DNA of 64,000 nucleotides, taken from the NCBI RefSeq assembly GCF_006345805.1, contig NC_042999.1:98394001-98458000 (forward strand). The letters are read 5' to 3'. Each line of letters starts with the position of its first letter. Positions within the stretch are counted from its first letter, which is position 1. The DNA comes from Octopus sinensis. Lineage: Eukaryota. The notes beneath the pieces were generated by a model that was given only the letters and a program-made list of their open reading frames with translations, made no database searches and was not told where the DNA came from. Shown here one piece after another: positions 1-12,555 of the stretch. The position numbers were made by a program, and so were the translations under genes.

Positions 1-61
1 TGAAAAAGATTAAGAATAAAATATGGGTGATAATGGACGAAAAGTGGTATAGCAAGGACAT

Positions 62-706
62 AAGATGCCTTCAGAGAGCGTTGTTGGGCGCTGGACAGAG
101 GGACCGGTTAACTCGCTGGGAGTCTGGTTTGGATCAGGCCTCCAGATAGAGAAGAACTGGACGGAGGTTTCGAGCAGGGTGGCTGCAATAGTCAAGACCT
201 GGTCTTGGCGGTGGCTATCCCTGAAAGGGAGGGCGGAGGTGGCCAATGTGTTTATCGCATCAGTCATTACCTACCGCCTGACCGTCGTGTCCTGTCCGGA
301 TTCGTGGTTGACCAGATTGGGGAGACAGCTCTTTCGCTTTTGGTGAAAGGGCAGGTGGCCACTTGTGAAATGCTCTGTCTGTTGTCAAAATCCATTAAAA
401 GGCGGTTTAGAGATGCCTTGGTTAATGATGCAGAGACATGCGTTGAGGTCGAGGCATCTCTGGATTTTCTTGGATGGTGAACGGGTGTGGTCTCCGCTGG
501 CCAGACAAATGTTCACCGAGTTCAAACGTTTTTGCAAACAGGAAGCCTGGTGTTTTCGTAGACCGAGGTCGAGTGAATGGCATAAAGAGTGCCGTAAGGC
601 CCTCCTGCTATTCCGGCGCTCGGGCAACGCCAGCGGTGGGGGCTCTTCACTAATTTTATATAGTGCGTTGGTAGAGTCTGAATGTCCAGTGTCCGGAGAT
701 AACTGA
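62..706 (+). mobile_element. L1-Tx1-like non-LTR retrotransposon ORF2 fragment (region C-terminal to RT), frameshifted
   Basis: ORFs 65-346 and 365-706 give LGVWFG...NW..V..RV...W..R.LSLKGRAEVAN.FIAS.ITYRL and P.KGGL.MP motifs typical of Tx1/L1 ORF2 downstream of RT. Confidence 0.8.
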
Positions 707-763
707 AATGTGGGTTTATGCTGAACAGCTGTTGTCCGGCGAAGGAAGAGTACGGCTGTCGAC

Positions 764-1122
764 TGAGTCAATTAGAAAAATTGACCCACCAGAAGTTTTA
801 ACAAACGAAGGTAACAATTGTTTTCTCACGTTTGTAGCAATAGCGAAAGATGCTCTATAGAAGATTAGGATAAAAGGGATTAAGACAGGCAACTTCATCT
901 TCGGCCACGATTTACGATCATTTTTTACTTTTCATTTGAAAAGGAAGGTATGGCTGGAGAAGAGGTGTCTGTCGGAGAGTATGTTCAAAAAGAGGTGGAA
1001 GCATGTTGCACGAGTGTTGTGCGTGCAAGGAAACGTGTGAATAGCCTATAAAAAAAACAAAAAAAAGGTACCAGCGATAGATCGGGGCTTGTGCGGTCGG
1101 AGCGTGGCTGATCATCGCTACA
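764..1122 (-). repeat. Unclassified ~360 bp interspersed element with TG...CA ends (solo-LTR-like)
   Basis: Minus strand starts TGTAGCGATG (1122) and ends AATTGACTCA (764); no TSD seen. Confidence 0.3.
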
Positions 1123-1204
1123 TGTGTGTTATCTCTGTATTGTTAATCTCATTCGATTTTTAATAATTTTTATATTCATATTTTATGTAAAATCATAACG
1201 TATT

Positions 1205-1420
1205 ACTGATACAGTTGTTTCGTCCATTTCTGTGTTTGTCCCCCTGTAGGCAATAAAGAAATTGGTATTTCGTTCTGAGTTCAAATTCCGCCGAGGTCGG
1301 TTTTGCCTTTCAGCCTTTCGGGGTCGATAAATTAAGTACCAGTTGCGTACAGGAATCGATCTAATCGATTGAACCACCTCCCCCAAATTTCAGGCCTTAT
1401 GCCTAGAGTAGAAAATAATA
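1205..1420 (+). mobile_element. tRNA-derived SINE family 1: 3' tail of one unit fused to a 5'-truncated second unit
   Basis: B-box GAGTTCAAATTCC, body GAGGTCG..TTTGCCTTTCA..CCTTTCGGGGTCGATAAATTAAGTACCAG. Confidence 0.8.
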
Positions 1421-1435
1421 TTGAGTAAATTGCAG

Positions 1436-1654
1436 AAGGTGGCGAGCTGGCAGAGTCGTTAGCAGCCAGGCGAAATGATGAGAAGCATTTCGTCCGTCTT
1501 TACGCACTGAGTTCAAAATCCCACCAACGTCGACATTACCTTGCATCCATTCGGGTTAAATAAAATAAGCACCAGTTGACTATTGATGTCAATGTAAACA
1601 ACTAACCCCTTCTCCGAAATTGCTGGTCTTGTGCCAAAATTTGAAACCAATATT
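1436..1654 (+). mobile_element. tRNA-derived SINE family 1, full length, with ~16 bp TSD
   Basis: A-box-like TGGCAGAGTCGTTAG, B-box GAGTTCAAAATCC; flanks AATATTGAGTAAATTG (1417-1432) and AATATTGAATAAATTG (1649-1664). Confidence 0.85.
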
Positions 1655-2789
1655 GAATAAATTGTTGCCTCCTATGATGTAATAATAGAGAGGTCGTGAG
1701 TGAAAATCAAATGTAACTCATCCTACTTTCATATCGACTTCTCACTATTCTGGTATTTATTTTGTACATGATGCATACATCTCTTTTGACTACCGCATTT
1801 GCTGTACAGAATAATTTATTAAATAACTCAATAGAAGCGTGTGATATAAGTACATATTGAATAGTAACAGCTTCTAATCCACTGTTCGCAGATTGCAGTA
1901 TTATCCAATGTGTGGTTGCTATTTTAACATGGTGGGATGTACTTTAAGGGAGATTTGAAAAGCAATGGTGGTGAACTTTGGAGTATTGGGAGAATATTGC
2001 AAATACAAAAAAAAAAAAAGAAAAGAAAAATAAACTTGTGATGCTTAGAAGAATAAGAAATCTTTAATTTCATAAATTCATATAGTGCGTAAATCCATAT
2101 TAATGTTTGTTTGAATTTCTGAAAGAGGGAATTGTTATCATTATACACTGATATAGTAGAATTAGTGTCCTCACTTTGGTTTCAGGCGTTGTACACTGTA
2201 GTGTTCTTCAGGCGTTTGACATATTCGGCAACATTCTCAAATTTTCAATCCAAACCTTTTATGGAACCCACAGAAGTTAATTGCTCTCATTCAGTTTTCT
2301 TTCATACTAGTGGCATTCTCCAGTTAGTCCATATAATTGTGACAACATTTGTTCGTTCTACTCGAACAAGAGTATGTATAGTTTGACTGATATTGGGATG
2401 GAACTTATATTCACTTGCTAAACTACTTCGTATGGCATTTATTTAAAGCTTACAATCACTATTCACGACCCCATTGCCCCTTATAACAGTTAAGTAGTGG
2501 AAATTAGGAGTTTTAATTTTTTTTATTTTATTCATGTATTTATTTTACGGTCGTAGTTTTTAATCACTTTTCTTAATTAAAGACTCTCATGTAATGTTAA
2601 TCTTTTACAGTCACCTTATCTTCCAGCCTGGTTCCCTATCATTTAATTAAAATGTTACCGTGCATTAATTAATCAGAGAGATTAATTATTTAAATACCAA
2701 AATACCAAAGATGTCACAAAATATGTTTTACATGTAGGGAAACTTATTTAACATCTTAATGAGAAATTATTTTTATTATTATTATTATT

Positions 2790-3170
2790 GAGTTAGAGAG
2801 CAGCACAAGCCATGAAAGTGACACTAGGTTACAAATATACATTGCCCAATATACCCGACATAATTACACGTCTGTTAAGGGTACACCAGGCACATGTACC
2901 ATAACCATATGTGCGCGATATGCTGACTACATTTCAAGATAAACAGCGCATGAGCTTGCAATTGGGGTCCCAGTTATTCTTCAGGTCGTGTGGCCCATTC
3001 TGCTAAAAACGCCCCTAAACAAGAATTGTTTAAAGATGATGAACAAAGCACCTATGTTTCCAGGGGTGAATTATTCAAACCTCAAAGAATTCCTCTCAAC
3101 ACGTGGCTATGGTGCTCTTCCACTACTTCTACTCGTGATCAGAGATGCACATATTGTCAGCCATACTCGC
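2790..3170. repeat. Probable interspersed repeat, unclassified
   Basis: GC-richer block starting after (ATT)n; resembles a common octopus repeat from memory; no second copy in the window. Confidence 0.4.
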
Positions 3171-3331
3171 AAATTTACTAGTCAACAGACTAGCAAATTT
3201 GCAGTATTGAGCAGAATATTTACTGTAGCCCATCTTTTATTATACTAAGACAAAACATGTACATGATAACACTTTCAATCAGTTAAGATAAGAAGCCATG
3301 ATAACCACTGACTGGTATTGCATGGATATTT

Positions 3332-3334
3332 ATG

Positions 3335-3385
<51 letters not shown>

Positions 3386-3408
3386 ATCATCATTATAATC
3401 ATCATTAA

Positions 3409-3456
<48 letters not shown>

Positions 3457-3504
3457 TATTATTATTATTATTATTATTATAATTATTATTATGATAATCA
3501 TTAT

Positions 3505-3537
<33 letters not shown>

Positions 3538-3595
3538 TATTAATATTCTTCTTCTTCTTCTTCTTCTTCTTCTTCTTCTTCTTCTTCTTCTTCTT

Positions 3596-3626
<31 letters not shown>

Positions 3627-3648
3627 TTATTATTATTATTATTATTAT
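3332..3648. repeat. Compound trinucleotide microsatellite (ATT)n/(ATC)n/(TTC)n/(TTA)n
   Basis: Directly visible. Confidence 0.98.
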
Positions 3649-3649
3649 A

Positions 3650-3861
3650 AAAGCGGCGAGGTGGCAGAATCGTTAGCACCCTGGACGAAGTGCTCAGCGG
3701 TATTTCGCTCGTCGCTACATTCTGAGTTCAAATTCCGCCGAGTTCGACTTTACCTTTCATCCTTTCAGGGTTGATAAATAAAGTACCAGTTGAACACAGG
3801 GGTCGATGTAATCGACACACCCCTCCCCCAAAATGGCTGCCTTTATGGCAAAATTTGAAAC

Positions 3862-3862
<1 letters not shown>
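3650..3862 (+). mobile_element. tRNA-derived SINE family 1 (tail ...AAAATTTGAAACC)
   Basis: A/B boxes and family body. Confidence 0.85.
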
Positions 3863-3916
<54 letters not shown>

Positions 3917-3918
<2 letters not shown>

Positions 3919-4319
3919 GACGGCGAGCTGGCAGAATCGATAGCGCGCCGGACGAAATGCTTAGCGGTATTTCGTCTGCCGCTACGTTCTGAGTTCAAAT
4001 TCCGCCGAGGTCGACTTTGCCTTTCATCTTTTCGGGGTCGATTAAATAAGTACCAGTTACGCACTGGAATTGATATAATCGACTTAATCCGTTTGTCTGT
4101 CCTTGTTTGTCCTCTCTGTGTTTAGCCCCCTTTGTGGGTAGTAAAGAAATAGGTATTTCGCCCCTCGCTACGTTCTGAGTTCAAATTCCGCTGAAATTGA
4201 CTTTACTTTTCATCCTTTCGAGATTGATAAAATAAGTACCAGTTGAAAACTGGGGTCGATGTAATCGACTCATCCCCTCCAACAAAATTGCTGCCTTTGT
4301 GGAAAAATTTGAAACCAAT
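3917..4319 (+). mobile_element. Tandem SINE family 1 dimer (full unit 3917-4151 plus 5'-truncated unit 4152-4319)
   Basis: Two consecutive bodies; junction TAAAGAAATA|GGTATTTCG. Confidence 0.85.
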
Positions 4320-5033
4320 GGCCCCCCTAAAGAGGGAAATTAGAGTAGAATCAATAGCGTTTAGCAATGGAAATGAATAGACTAGAGGGTGAACTAGTTA
4401 GCAAATTAGAAGAGGCATTTAAAAAGGGCATCGCGACCGATATGTTAGCGCCGAGAATGACCCTTGATCATTTCTTCAAAGCGAAACACGAAGGTTGCGT
4501 TATTAGAGCTAAGACCCGTGCGCTCAAGCAGGAAAGAATTAAAGCTGTCCGATGGGCCCGAACGCTGGAGACGTGACGTGGAAACAAAACTACGATCAGG
4601 TCTTTTACGGATCGGGATGGGCGCGTGCTGTACGACTCCGAGCAGATGTGTGCGGCTTTTCAGCAGCACTTCGCGCAACTGTTTGGAGAGGGCGATGGGT
4701 CGACCTGGATGGGTTGCCGCGGATCTCGGCAGCTGACACGAGGTTATGTGAAAGGCCGATAACTGCCGTTGAAATTTGGGAGGCGATGAGCGATTGCACA
4801 AGTCGCAGATCGCCCGGTTTGCATAGTCTGCCCTACGAATCCCGTGTATTCATGCCAGATTTGTTTGGCGACCTCTTGGCAGACATCTACTGCAACAGAG
4901 CGGGAGAATTCTTAGAGCTGTTAGCAGAGGTGTGATGACACTGCTGAGGAAGGACGCCAACAATGGGGACGTACTAGAGAATTTTCGGTCCATAACTCAA
5001 CTAATCACAGAGTTTAAGATTTTGACCAAAGTT
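4320..5033 (+). mobile_element. L1-Tx1-like ORF2 fragment (EN-RT linker and RT start), degenerate
   Basis: KHEGCVIRAK, CERPITAVEIWEAM...SPGLHSLPYE...DLFGDLL and ...TEFKILTKV motifs; homologous to 21225-22345. Confidence 0.8.
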
Positions 5034-6322
5034 TTCCTCTTTTCAGGATTACTTTGGCGCATTTTTCTAATCCAAATTTCATATCTATTTCTTTGGTAAA
5101 TCCATGAGCTGTCTTTAATAGTGTTTCCAGCTGTTTGTCATTTGCAGCGTATAGTTTTAGGTCATCCATATATAAAAGGTGGTTGATCGTTTTGCCGTAA
5201 CATTTATATCCGCATCCAGTTCTATTTAGCATATCAGATAGAGGTGACAGTGCCAAGCAGAAAAGGAGTGGAGAGAGCGTGTCTCCCTGGAATATTCCTC
5301 TTCTAATGGGGATGGCTTTGGTTTTCATGAGTCCCTCTTTTGTTTGGAGCTGTAGCACTGTTTGCCATTTATTCATAGAGTGCCCTATGAATTTTATAAT
5401 TGTTGGTGCTACTTTGTTAATGGCTAGTGTTTCGAGGATCCATGTGTGGGGGATGCTATCAAATGCCTTCTTGTAGTCGATCCAGGCCATACTGAGGCCT
5501 TTCTTCTTTCTGTGGCTGTCTTCAGTTATGGCTTTATTAATCATTAGTTGATCTTTACAGCCATATGAGCCTTTGCGGCATCCTTTCTGCTCTTCTGGAA
5601 ACAGGTTGTTTTCGTCCAGGTGCTTGTTCAACCTTTGCGATATCACTGCAGTAAATGCAGTACATTGTAGGGAGACAGGTTATTGGTCTGTAGTTTTCTG
5701 GTTTTGCTGTCTCATTTGATTTGGGAATTAAGATGACTTTCCCCTTCGTGAGCCATTCAGGCATTGTCTCTGGCTCTGCTAGTATGTTGTTAAAGTTTTC
5801 AGCCAGCTTTTTGTGCATTCCTGTTAGATATTTCAACCAGAAGTTGGGGATCTTGTCATGCCCAGGTGCCTTCCAGTTGCTTAGTCTTTGCAGTGCCTGG
5901 GTGACCTCTTCAGTTGTTATGGGGGTCCAAAGTTGCTCAGATGCTGAGTTTGTTGTTTTAATACTCCTTTTTTTAGGTTGTTCGTTCGCCGACCATATTT
6001 CTCTCCAGAATTCTTCCACTTCTGCCGTTGGTGTTGCAGTGATTTCTATTTTATTTTTGCCAAGTTCTTGGTAGAACTTTTTGGGGTTGGAGTTGAACTT
6101 TTTGTTTTCTTCAAAGAAGCGCTGGCGTTTCTCGTACCGGCGGATCCTTTGTGCTTTGGCAAGGATATCTTGCTTTAGCTTGTCTTTTATCTCAGGTAAA
6201 TCTTTTTCTGTGATGTTGTATTTTCGGAGTATTTTTGTTTTCTTTTTGTTGCTCAGTAGCGTTGATTGTCTACTGATTTCATTAAGAATCGACAGATCTT
6301 TTCTCATTTTTTGTATTTTGTT
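5030..6322 (-). mobile_element. R4/Dong-clade non-LTR retrotransposon RT fragment, truncated at both ends, one frameshift (~5650)
   Basis: NWKAPGHD, NYRPITCL, EEQKGCRKGSYGCKDQL, AWIDYKKAFDS, GIFQGDTLSPLLF, HLLYMDDLKLY. Confidence 0.88.
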
Positions 6323-6344
6323 TTATTATTATTATTATTATTGC

Positions 6345-6415
<71 letters not shown>
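6323..6415. repeat. (TTA)n / (TAA)n microsatellite
   Basis: Directly visible. Confidence 0.98.
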
Positions 6416-6418
<3 letters not shown>

Positions 6419-6500
6419 CTATTGTTGCTTTGTTTTATACGAGCTGTTCCAAGTCTCACCCAGAGGCCTCAAGTAATAGCAACTTGGATGTTTTACTGTT
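6416..6500 (-). mobile_element. Probable 3' terminus of a Dong-like LINE ending in (TAA)n
   Basis: Minus strand CTTGAGGCCTCTGGGTGAGACTTGGAAC...AAAGCAACAATAGCAT(TAA)n; assignment from recalled similarity, not verified. Confidence 0.45.
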
Positions 6501-6581
6501 GCTGTTATTTATGATTGGCACTGATATATTCGAGGGAAAGGCGACCAGATTCTGAGAACTAAAATTCTGTTATATCTGTAA

Positions 6582-6656
<75 letters not shown>

Positions 6657-7596
6657 CATCATCATCATCATCATTACCTCCTTCAAAAATAATTTTCGAA
6701 AACTGAAAATGTCGGTCTGAAGTGTTGAATGTTCAGGATGTAATTTACTTGGCATGAAATGTCCGACTTTAAAAGGTCAGCGACAGAAGAACGGGCAAGT
6801 TAACTCTGAACAGTTCTATATTCATGCTATTAATTACAATTTTATATATTGTAACATATATATTAGAGCTTTCAGACTATTATCAATCATATCCCGCCAC
6901 CGTTTCCATTAAATATTTAGGTTGTTGTTCTTGTTATTGTCGTTGTTATTTTAATCCCATTATATCCCTGATCCAGTAGTGCTATGATCAAATGTATTAC
7001 AGCTGCAACATCGGTTTTTGTAGGGGTATCTTGGAGCATTATCTAATGTGTCCCTTCTTTTTAAGGCTGTAAGATTTGGTCAGAGGGAGATCTGGCAGAT
7101 CAAATGTACATCTGTCTTTCTGTCTTTCCATCCATCCATCCATCCATCTATCCATACACACATCCATAAGCGCGCGCACGCACACGCACACACATTAATG
7201 TTTGTTTTTATGTTCATTTATAGTAAAAACACTTTTACCTTAATCTTACGAACTACACTATTCTTTTGTAGAGTACAAAGCATTTATTCTGAAACAAGAA
7301 TGTTGTTGATTGAGACTTCGAAGTTTCGGCCTGCTAAGCCGTCGTCGTCCGAAACTTGGGCAGACTTCTTATCCAAGTATTTTTAGCCGTGACCTTCTAG
7401 CCCTGATCCTTTTTAAAGGAAACCAAAGAATATATTATTTAACGGGTCTTATTCTAAAGACGGGTAGGTGTGATTTGAAATACATCTGTCTGTCTGTCTC
7501 TCTCTCTCTCATACACTCACACATTTATGTATGTATAATTTAATGTAAATAGTTACGAGCTACTAATAATTTCATGCATTGCTGTTAGTTATTTAT

Positions 7597-7985
<389 letters not shown>

Positions 7986-8484
7986 GTCAATCTATCTATC
8001 TGATTGCTATTTCAGCAAGTCTAGCGACCACCACGTAGAGACTCCCTTGATGGCTCGAATAGGATTAGTGGATGAATTATGTAGCACATAGCTTGCTAGT
8101 TCGTAGGTATAGAAACCGATCTAGTAGCAATAGAAGATAACGAAAAGATGCAGACATTGATAGACTATAACGACAGTAGCCTGTTGGTGAGTGAATGTCT
8201 GTTACTCAATCAGATAGGATATTTGTGAATAGCAGAAGCAGAAGTAGAAGTATAGTCCCAGATACATGAGCAGTACTATAAAATTTGGTACACATGTACC
8301 GTGTCAAGCTCTGGCTTTCAAACTCTTTTAGTTTCGATGTGCACTGGGAATTAAAAAGAAAAATTGCTGCCACACTTCGCATGTAACTTTAAAATTTCGA
8401 AGGAATATATAGAAATACCTTCTTTTATTTATCGTAGTTGCATATAACAAAATTAAGAACATGTTCTGAAGACGCCCAAGCATT

Positions 8485-8655
8485 GTCGTTACGTTCTAAG
8501 TTCAAATTCCGCCGAAGTCGACTTTGCCTTTCATCCTTTCGGGGTCGATAAATAAAGTACCAGTTTCGCACTGGGGTCGATGTAATCGAATTAATCCCTT
8601 TGTCTGTCCTTGTTTGTCCCCTCTATGTTTAGCCCCTTGTGGGCAATAAAGAAAT
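8485..8655 (+). mobile_element. SINE family 1, 5'-truncated (tail ...GGGCAATAAAGAAAT)
   Basis: B-box and body match 3917-4151. Confidence 0.85.
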
Positions 8656-8870
8656 TTTTTATTATTATTTTTATTTGTTCGGCCAATCTGGAGCAACAGT
8701 TTGTTGAGTTTTAGTCCAAAGAATCGACCCCAGTACTTCCTTTAATTTTAAAACCCTGGTGCTTATTCTATCGGTTTTCTAATGTTGAATCGCCAAATCA
8801 CGGGGTCTTAAACCAACACCGGTTGCCAAGCGGTGGGGGGTGGGGGACAAGCACAAACAGAATTACATAC

Positions 8871-9027
8871 ATGCGTGGCTGTGTGGTAAGAAGCTTTCTT
8901 CCCAACCACATGGTTTCGGATTCACTCCCACTGCGTGGCACCTTGGGCAAGTGTCTTCTGCTATAGCCCTGGGTCGACCAAAGGCTTGTGAGTGGATTTG
9001 GTGGACGGAAACTGAAAGAAGCTTGTC

Positions 9028-9122
<95 letters not shown>

Positions 9123-9135
9123 CTGTACTTGTCGA

Positions 9136-9206
<71 letters not shown>

Positions 9207-9219
9207 CTGTACTTGTCGA

Positions 9220-9252
<33 letters not shown>

Positions 9253-9468
9253 AATATATATATATATATGTGTCTGTGTGTGTGTATAAGTGTGTTTGCA
9301 TCCTGTAACTTAGCACTTCGACAAAATAAATTGATAGAATAAGTACTAGGCTTAAAAAAGAATTACTAGAGTTGATTCATTCATTCGACTAAAGACGCAC
9401 ACACACAAACACACAAATTAAGGTTTGTTCCAGCTTGGTTGCAGTCTAATGACTGAAACAAGTAAAAG
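8871..9468 (+). mobile_element. tRNA-derived SINE family 2 with expanded internal (TA)/(GT) microsatellite
   Basis: Head GTGGCTGTGTGGTAAG...GGTTTCGGATTCACTCC, tail ...GACTGAAACAAGTAAAAG; matches 20562-20950. Confidence 0.8.
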
Positions 9469-9474
9469 GCAAAT

Positions 9475-9628
9475 ATACCGGATTTCTTCCAGTTTCTGTC
9501 TATCAGATCCACTTTCAAGGTTTTCGTCGGCCCGAGAAGACAGCTGCCCGAGGTGTCACGCACTGGAACTAAACCTAGAACCATTTGGTTGGGAAGCAAA
9601 TTTCTTACCACGCAACTATGCCTGCGCC
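9475..9628 (-). mobile_element. SINE family 2, 5' half
   Basis: Reverse complement GGCGCAGGCATAGTTGCGTGGTAAG...GGTTCTAGGTTTAGTTCC. Confidence 0.75.
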
Positions 9629-11257
9629 AAGAGATTGAGTTAAAAATAAAACCAAAGAAGAAAATCCATATCCCATCTCGATACATGTAGTACTACACAC
9701 TTTGGAGACCAATGGTGTGGAGGTTTAAGGACTCACGAAAGCCAAAATGTTTTCTGGCTATGGAGAGAAGACAAAACCTTTTAAACCCAGTTTTAGATGA
9801 TGATTTGTAAGTCTCCTAAGCCTTACAGTTCGACTAGAGGAAAATGAATTCTCTTCTACCGATGTTGTCGTCGTATTTTAGTCCCAGGTCAACTCCTGAT
9901 CGAGCAAACTTATGACAAAAGAATTTAGTCGTGACTATCGTGCCTTTTTCTATGTCGGGAACCATTGACTGATGTTCTCAAAGATTTGGGATGTGATTTG
10001 TGGGAAATTTGGAGATTTGGTTGTTATTTCTTGCAGGGCGAGTGACCCCCTTCGAGTTTTCCTCGTTATCTCATTCATTCCTATGTTGTGTAACACGCTG
10101 CTTCAGTAAGATTAGGAGTTCAACCATTTACGGTTTCTAGTCCATGGTAGGAATTTTAACAACCTAATGCAACACTCGAAAACATAACAGTATTGCAACT
10201 GTTTATCACGTTGATTTGAACTACCTAATGGTACCTGTGTAAAAATAGATCATTTAAGATTTAAGCATTTAAAAAGAAACATATCTAATTCGTAGGCATG
10301 GAACAGTGTTTTTGGATAACAGAAATATACATTTATCCATGACGTGTAAGTAAACCTACAGGAATCTTTCTGTAAGATGGACAGCAGAATAACTTAACCT
10401 GTTTCGCCGGTCATTGCCAGCTCATCAGGAGTTGTGCTTACTTCCTCCCATCTAGAAAAGTAGAGAGAGAGAGAGAGAGGGAGGAGAGAGGAGAGAGAGA
10501 GAGAGAGAGAGTGAGAGAGTGAGAGAGAGAGGGGGAGAGAGAGAGAGAGATTGAGAGAGTGAGAGAGAGAGAGAAACATTAATTAGCAACGGTAATTAAT
10601 GAACTAAAGTACCGAGATAGCGTGTATGATAAACATACTTTAGCCTCGTCTGTGTAAATAAAGACTAGACATAGTTAAACCACAGGGATCTCTCTTTGTT
10701 ACTCACTCTAGTTTCTGTCATTCTCTCCCTCCCCCTCTCTCTCTCTCTGCAGAACGGAGTTAAGGACAGCTCGACTAGTTTCATCTGATTATTACCAGCT
10801 CATCGGAAGGATTGACTTCATCCGTTCTAATTATACTTTGTTGAATTCGCTTTTACAAGGATGCTAATATAAATCGATATCATGGCCTTTTTTTGTTTTT
10901 GTTTTAGATCCTCCATGCTTGAGGAGAAAGATGTGACCATGAATCTATTTACTATTTAAAGACTGAAAGAAAGCTATAAGTAAATAAATAAGTAAAATGG
11001 CTTCTATTTATATCGATTGGTGATGGTTCCGCCAGTTTCACACACACAGTTCATGCAAATAAGGTTCTGTACATTAAAAAAATGTTTCATATGTAACTAA
11101 AGCTAATTGTGTGGATACTTCCTTTTAACATTGAAATTTTATGCATGATGGTGAATTCTATTTTAGAATGCATTGCAAGCTGTGCATTCAACACACCAAT
11201 AATCATGCACACACATATACGTACACATAAACGTACACATAAAACATACTTCATATA

Positions 11258-11429
11258 TAGTATATATATATATACGCACACATACATACATGTATACATA
11301 CATACATACATACAGACAGACAGACATGCATACATACATACATACATACATACATACATACATACATACATACATACATACATACAGACATGCATACATA
11401 CATACATACATACTTGCATACATAAATAC

Positions 11430-11460
<31 letters not shown>

Positions 11461-12262
11461 CATACATACATACATACATACATACGTATATACATACATA
11501 CATACATGCATGCATACATACATACATACATACATACATAATACATACATAAATCATTTACATACATACATACACATACATACATACGTCATTACATACA
11601 TACATACATACGTACATACATACATCATGCATACATACATACTACATACATACATACATACATACATACTTACATACATACATACATACATACATAATAC
11701 TTACATCCTACATACATACGTAATACATACATACATACATACATACATACATACATACATACATAATACATACATACAGACATACATACATACATACATA
11801 CATACTTGCATACATAAATACTTACATACATACATAATACATACATAATACATACATACATACATACATACTATTACATACATACATACATACATTACAT
11901 ACATACATACATACTACATAATACATAATTACATACAACATAAATACATACATACATACATACCTACATACATAACATACATACATACATTCATACATAC
12001 ATACATACATACATACATACATACGTACATACATACATACATACATACGTACATACATACATACATGCATACATACATACATACATACATACATAACATA
12101 CATACATACTTACATACATACATACATACATACATACAACTTACATCATACATACATACGTACATACATACATACATACTACATACATACAATACATACT
12201 ACATACATACATACATACCGACATACATACATACAGACATACATACTTGCATACATAAATAC

Positions 12263-12293
<31 letters not shown>

Positions 12294-12314
12294 CATACAT
12301 ACATACATACATAC

Positions 12315-12345
<31 letters not shown>

Positions 12346-12553
12346 CATACATACATACTTACATACATACATACTTACATACATACATACATACAACCTA
12401 CATACATACATACATACATACATCATACATTCATACATTACATAATACATACATACATACATACATACATACATACATACATACATACATACATACATAC
12501 ATACATACTTACATACTTACATACATACATACATACATTCATACATATGTACA
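11258..12553. repeat. ~1.3 kb degenerate (TACA)n tract
   Basis: Directly visible. Confidence 0.98.
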
Positions 12554-12555
12554 TA

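Noticed and set aside
10399-10451. 53-nt minus-strand exon candidate (WEEVSTTPDELAMTGET) with TTTCTAG acceptor and GTTAAG donor
   Set aside because: The polypyrimidine tract is just a (CT)n microsatellite, the donor is weak, the peptide is unrecognised and no partner exons were found; kept only as an alternative to the hammerhead-like reading
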